Below are positions 59,430 through 64,000 of a stretch of DNA of 64,000 nucleotides, one piece after another. Under the pieces are notes generated by a model, which searched no databases, was not told the DNA's origin, and saw only the letters and a list, made by a program, of their open reading frames with translations. The stretch lies in the sequence record SRR2962707_1578; one strand, given 5' to 3'. Both the position numbers and the translations under genes were made by a program. The first letter of the stretch is position 1. The number at the start of each line of letters is the position of its first letter.

Positions 59430-60887
59430 TCAGTGCCTTGGCAACCATAGCCGAGCTTCTAACCCTTTTTCTGGTAGGTTGCTCAAAACGACTTCACCGC
59501 CATGTGCTCGAGCAATGTTCCTCGCAATACTGAGCCCTAAGCCCATGCCGCCTGGGTGACCTGAATGATCTGGCGTGAGGCGAGTATAAGGCTGGAACAT
59601 TTTGTCTATTTGTTCACTTGGAATCCCCGGACCCTGATCGCAAATGCGAATACAAAGATCATTCTCACTGTCTTCTATTAATACCGTGGCCTTTGCTCCG
59701 TAATACAGTGCGTTGTCGATCAGGTTGCCCAAACAGCGTTTAATGGCGAGAGGTTTGCCTATATAAGGGTGGTTTAATTGGCCGCTAATGGTGAGTTTTT
59801 CTGTGCTTAAATTGGCGGTGCTTTGCATGTCTTTTAGCATGCGTAAAATATCCAGTTCGACACGATTTTCGTGAATATCGGTTTCTTTTACGCTTTGTAA
59901 TGCCCCTTTTACCAACATATCCAGATCTTCTAAGTCTCGAATCATCGCTTCTCGGGTGTCGTCTTCATCGAGTAACTCCGCTCTCAGCCGCAGTCGAGTA
60001 ATAGGCGTTTTTAAATCATGAGAGATGGACGCAAACAGTCGTTCTCTGTCATTCAAATAGCGTTGAATCCGCGCCTGCATGTCGTTAAAGGCGCGTGCGG
60101 TATTGCGCACTTCCACACTGCCGTATTCCTTTAGAGGTTTTGAATCGCCTTGACCAAAGCGCTCTGCGGCTCTGGCTAGCATGGCGAGTGGGCGAGTCAC
60201 CCGACGCAGAATCAACAGGCTAAGTAACAGCACAGTGATCACCGAGACTGTCATGGTAAAGAGGCGTTCACCGGTGAGGGCGGAGGTGCCATCCAAAAAG
60301 TACGGGTCGGGCATTAAGCTGGCGAGGTATAACCAGTCTTTGTCGTTAATCGGGATTTGAATAATGATAATGGGCGGCGTGAGAGGTTTGACTAATAAGC
60401 TGTGATTCCCCCATCGCTCTGGCAAATCGGTTAAGAGCGTGTGGTTATTGATGACGTGTAGGTCGTCTGGGCTAGAGAAGGCAATTTTGGCGTTGTGGAT
60501 GCCGAGCTGTTTGACCAAGGTTGATTCTACTTGGTTCTTTACTATGTCCATTAAGGGGGAGTCGTGAAGCTCGTTAATGCGGATTTCTTCACGATTGAGA
60601 GTCACGAAAAAGCGCGTTCCCCCCATGCTTTGTAATTGATCAATGACAATGTGGCGGTAGTTGCGTGGCAATGAAGTGAAGTAGCTGACGGTAGAGGCGA
60701 TACGGTATGACATATGCCTTGATACTTCGAGTACGTTTTTCTCTGTATCAGAATTCAGCTGACGAAGCCAAATGGTCGAGCTAATAAACTGCGCACTAGC
60801 CACGCCCAACGCCATGATGATGAGGATCTGCCCTGTTAGGGAGTTAGACCAGCGCTTAATGCGCTTATTAATGCGACTCATCCACAT
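59430..60887 (-). CDS. Sensor histidine kinase, GtrS/GltS-like
   Basis: TM, HAMP, ISHDLKTPITRLRLR, NLIDNA, DQGPGI and GLGLSIAR. Confidence 0.88.
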   Translation of the reverse strand: MWMSRINKRIKRWSNSLTGQILIIMALGVASAQFISSTIWLRQLNSDTEKNVLEVSRHMSYRIASTVSYFTSLPRNYRHIVIDQLQSMGGTRFFVTLNREEIRINELHDSPLMDIVKNQVESTLVKQLGIHNAKIAFSSPDDLHVINNHTLLTDLPERWGNHSLLVKPLTPPIIIIQIPINDKDWLYLASLMPDPYFLDGTSALTGERLFTMTVSVITVLLLSLLILRRVTRPLAMLARAAERFGQGDSKPLKEYGSVEVRNTARAFNDMQARIQRYLNDRERLFASISHDLKTPITRLRLRAELLDEDDTREAMIRDLEDLDMLVKGALQSVKETDIHENRVELDILRMLKDMQSTANLSTEKLTISGQLNHPYIGKPLAIKRCLGNLIDNALYYGAKATVLIEDSENDLCIRICDQGPGIPSEQIDKMFQPYTRLTPDHSGHPGGMGLGLSIARNIARAHGGEVVLSNLPEKGLEARLWLPRH

Positions 60888-61617
60888 GTGCCATATCGGA
60901 TGTCATTACATCGGCGGTTAAAATATAGCCTTGGCCTCGAACGGTTTTAATCAGCTGGGGCTGTCTTGCGTCTTCACGCAGGCGTTGACGTAAGCGGCTG
61001 ACATGCACATCAATAAAACGATCTAGGGGCGCGCTATCACGGCCGCGAGTATTTTCTGCAATGTGTTCTCGGGTAAGTACTTTGCCAGGGCTTGCCAAAA
61101 AAAGCATGAGCAGATTGTAATCCGCGCCAGACAAAGACTCTTTCTCGTTCTGGTAATTCAGTTCTCTAGAGAGGGTGTCTAAGGTGAACTGAGAGAAATG
61201 ATAAAAGCGTTGAGCCACATTAGGCGCTTCTACTATTTCGGTGTGTTCCATGCGTCGTAAAATGGCTTTGATGCGCGCCAGCAACTCTCTTGGGTTAAAC
61301 GGCTTAGCCAGGTAATCGTCGGCGCCAATTTCTAGGCCAATAATGCGGTCCATCTCGTCTGAGTTCGCAGTCAGCATAATCACGGGCACTTGCGATTGGG
61401 TGCGTAATGAACGGCATACGGAAAAGCCATCTTGCCCCGGTAGCATGATGTCGAGAATCACTAAGTCGACGTCTTGAGAAGGTTTGAAATCGGCCAGAAA
61501 CGCTTCGCCAGACTCTGCGGTTAAAACCTGAAACTGGTGTTTCTCTAGGTAGGTTTGTAGCAAGGTACGAATGTCGTCATCGTCGTCAACGACGTAGATA
61601 CATTTGGCTTTCGTCAT
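60868..61617 (-). CDS. OmpR-family response regulator, GltR-like
   Basis: VVDDD, LDIMLP, KPFNPRELLARI and IKTVRGQGY. Lies upstream of the glucose-type ABC operon. Confidence 0.88.
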   Translation of the reverse strand: MTKAKCIYVVDDDDDIRTLLQTYLEKHQFQVLTAESGEAFLADFKPSQDVDLVILDIMLPGQDGFSVCRSLRTQSQVPVIMLTANSDEMDRIIGLEIGADDYLAKPFNPRELLARIKAILRRMEHTEIVEAPNVAQRFYHFSQFTLDTLSRELNYQNEKESLSGADYNLLMLFLASPGKVLTREHIAENTRGRDSAPLDRFIDVHVSRLRQRLREDARQPQLIKTVRGQGYILTADVMTSDMAHVDESH

Positions 61618-61808
61618 TATTATTCTCAGTGAAAGGCAGTAAAGTTATGCAGAGAAGTTTCAGTCTAACAAGAAACCCAAAAGGAACCAATTGTTACAAT
61701 GATCGAGGATAGCGAAGTCAATTAAATAAATTAAATTGATTTAATTTTCGTCTCCCTGCATAATTTTTCACCTTTCAGACCTCATAGCTCAATATAGAGA
61801 ATCACAAG

Positions 61809-62777
61809 ATGACGACAAAAATAATGGCGTTCGGCGAAGCCCTGATCGACTTCCTTTCTAACGGTGCGACACAAGCTGGCGAACTGGAATCTTTTACTAA
61901 ATTCCCTGGCGGTGCACCGGCGAATGTCGCCGTTGCTGCAGCACAGCTTGGTGGCAATAGCCATTTTGCTGGGCAAGTAGGTGACGATGCGTTTGGTCAC
62001 TTTCTAAAAAGTTCTCTTGAAAGCTATGGTGTGGTGACGGACAGCATGCTGATGACAAACGAGGCAAAAACAGCCTTGGCGTTTGTTAGCTTAGACAATA
62101 CAGGTGAGCGTAGTTTTGAGTTTTATCGCAACCCTTCTGCGGACATGTTATTCCGTGAAGCTGACTTTAAACCTGCTTGGTTTGAAGGACACGGCGTGTT
62201 CCACACCTGCTCTAATACTTTAACAGACGAGTCTATTACTCAAGCGACCTTGGCTGGTATTCGGATGGCGCGTGCCGCAAATTGGGTCGTCAGTATCGAT
62301 GTAAACTTGCGTATTAACCTTTGGCCTGACCATAACGTCGATACCCAGCGGGTGATTGACTGGATGCAAAGTGGTGACGTGGTTAAAGCCAGCCTAGAAG
62401 AGTTAGCAGTACTAGCGGATGACCCATTTGCCTTGATTGATGAGAGCCTAGCCGCTGGCGTGACCTTGTTTGTGTTAACTGACGGTGGTAATTCCATTCG
62501 TTTTTACAGTAAAGCACAAGGCAAAGGCGAAGTTGTGACGCCAAAAGTGGACGTAAAAGATACGACGGCTGCCGGAGATGCTTTTGTTGGCGGCTTGCTG
62601 TACCAATTGGCTGAGCAAGGTGGTGACAGCGATTCTTTGGCGGCACTATCACAAGCACAACTGACGGACATTATTCGTTTTGCGGCCGCCTGCGGTGCCG
62701 ACTCAGTGACCAAACTTGGCGCGTATCCTTCTTTGCCTACGCTTGAGCAAGCGCAAGCGCGTCTGAGTACCTTTTAA
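61809..62777 (+). CDS. PfkB-family carbohydrate kinase (fructokinase-like)
   Basis: GEALIDF, PGGAPANVA and DTTAAGDAFVGG. Confidence 0.9.
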   Translation: MTTKIMAFGEALIDFLSNGATQAGELESFTKFPGGAPANVAVAAAQLGGNSHFAGQVGDDAFGHFLKSSLESYGVVTDSMLMTNEAKTALAFVSLDNTGERSFEFYRNPSADMLFREADFKPAWFEGHGVFHTCSNTLTDESITQATLAGIRMARAANWVVSIDVNLRINLWPDHNVDTQRVIDWMQSGDVVKASLEELAVLADDPFALIDESLAAGVTLFVLTDGGNSIRFYSKAQGKGEVVTPKVDVKDTTAAGDAFVGGLLYQLAEQGGDSDSLAALSQAQLTDIIRFAAACGADSVTKLGAYPSLPTLEQAQARLSTF

Positions 62778-62842
62778 TGTAAAGGTGAGTGATTGATGCG
62801 CTGCTCGTTTTAGAGGCGCTGATCAATTGCTAAGCAATGTCT

Positions 62843-62881
62843 AAAAGCGAGGTGTGTGCTGTTCATACACCTCGCTTTTTT
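62843..62881. terminator. Bidirectional intrinsic terminator
   Basis: AAAAGCGAGGTGTG...TACACCTCGCTTTTTT. Confidence 0.8.
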
Positions 62882-62882
62882 A

Positions 62883-63614
62883 TTAGAGCCAATAGGCGGA
62901 GATGTTGGCCTCAGGATCAAGGTGGTAGCTAATCTGTGCTTGCAGCAACTCTGCGGAAGATAAGGCATCGGTGAGAGCATGATGAGCTTTGTAACGTGGT
63001 AGGTGATAGCGTTGGCGACAAGCGTCTAAGCGTAACGATGGCTGTCTGGCGATGATGCGCTTCCACCAAGGGGTTTTATTTTGCGCCAGATGTTCTATTT
63101 GCATGGTGTCTAGGACGGGAAAGTACAAAGGGAAACCATACACATTTAACGCCGCTTCGCGTAGAAATTCACGTTCGATAGACACGCAGTGAACCACGAC
63201 GACCTTGCCTGAGAGCACGTTAAGAATCTCATTGAGGATGCGGTGCAAAGGCGGCGCTTCGGCTAACTCCGTATGGGTGATTTCATGGATGGTCACCGAC
63301 TCGGCATTAAGGGTACGTTCTGGCTTTGCCATCCAATACCCAGCACCTTGGCAGCGAATGATTTTATGATCCATCGGCACACACCCTAAGCTGATAATTT
63401 CATCGTTGAGTGGGTCAAGTCCGGTGGTTTCTAAATCCAGCGCCAACAAAGGGGCTTCTTTTAATGGTGTGTCTAGCGCTATTGTCCCTGCTTCATAATA
63501 ACGTTTAAGAGGGCCCTCTGGCGCCTCTTTAGCCCATTGCTTGAACATCGCTTGCCAATCTTGGAGCGGTTGAGCTTTGGGTCCTTTAATGGCGGTCATC
63601 AGTCGCGTAAACAT
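62883..63614 (-). CDS. DEDDh 3'-5' exonuclease-family protein
   Basis: LDLETTGL, DTM and HHALTDA. Confidence 0.88.
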   Translation of the reverse strand: MFTRLMTAIKGPKAQPLQDWQAMFKQWAKEAPEGPLKRYYEAGTIALDTPLKEAPLLALDLETTGLDPLNDEIISLGCVPMDHKIIRCQGAGYWMAKPERTLNAESVTIHEITHTELAEAPPLHRILNEILNVLSGKVVVVHCVSIEREFLREAALNVYGFPLYFPVLDTMQIEHLAQNKTPWWKRIIARQPSLRLDACRQRYHLPRYKAHHALTDALSSAELLQAQISYHLDPEANISAYWL

Positions 63615-64000
63615 CTAACTACGCTTCCCAGCATAGCGAAATTTAATAAACTCCTGCTGTCTTTCGACGATGTGAAACGCGTCTCGTAGGTGTCGTTTTT
63701 CAAACGATGATAACAGGGCAGGGTTAACGTGGTTGGTCACGACGAGTTCTTTTTCGATCTGATCTTTTTGGCTGCGAATGCGCACCATGCCAATCATTTC
63801 TAAGGCCAGAGCCAAGTCCTTCGCGCGGCCATCAGGTAACAAGCCCGCGTTGTCGATATCTTCCAAACGTTCTAGTGTGTTTAGCTTGTCGCTGCCACAG
63901 GCTAAGGCATGCACTCGGACAATGTCTATGATCGGGGCAATGCCTCTTTCTTTCAGGTTAAAGGTTCGAGACTGTTTCCCTTCGCCGTCCAATACAAATT
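63615..64000 (-). CDS. C-terminus of a DUF294 nucleotidyltransferase-like protein; 5' part lies outside the window
   Basis: FNLKERGIAPIIDIVR...NTLERL...NP..LS..E...LRDAF. Its stop abuts the exonuclease start. Confidence 0.8.
   Translation of the reverse strand, partial: FVLDGEGKQSRTFNLKERGIAPIIDIVRVHALACGSDKLNTLERLEDIDNAGLLPDGRAKDLALALEMIGMVRIRSQKDQIEKELVVTNHVNPALLSSFEKRHLRDAFHIVERQQEFIKFRYAGKRS

Overview
Chromosomal window from a marine gammaproteobacterium; gene content and Pseudomonas-like synteny suggest Oceanospirillales, probably Marinomonas (inference only). Most of it is core or housekeeping: putA (cut by the left edge), phoU, msrC, oppABCDF, cysZ, phoBR, ubiCA, a sadB-like gene, aapJQMP, lrp, oxyR-recG, ridA-spoT-rpoZ-gmk, yicC, rph, ushA, a GltR/GtrS-type two-component system with a glucose-type ABC transporter, a PfkB kinase, and a DUF294/exonuclease pair (cut by the right edge). 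About 12 kb of accessory genes separate gmk from yicC. The yicC-proximal end of that block holds an intact MNT-HEPN toxin-antitoxin pair and a compact scar. In the scar, a 7TM-GGDEF gene, a hipBA-like locus and an LlaJI/McrC-like nuclease gene are fused by two apparent deletions. The best leads are: (1) a 4 x 21-bp tandem array between two minus-strand terminators downstream of the sugar ABC operon, a candidate repeat-seed sRNA; (2) a PruR-like periplasmic protein coupled to a hybrid histidine kinase that lacks its phospho-accepting His and Asp; (3) the yicC defence-island scar. No rRNA, tRNA, CRISPR array, integrase or transposase was recognised. All family calls come from reading motifs by eye; no database search was run.
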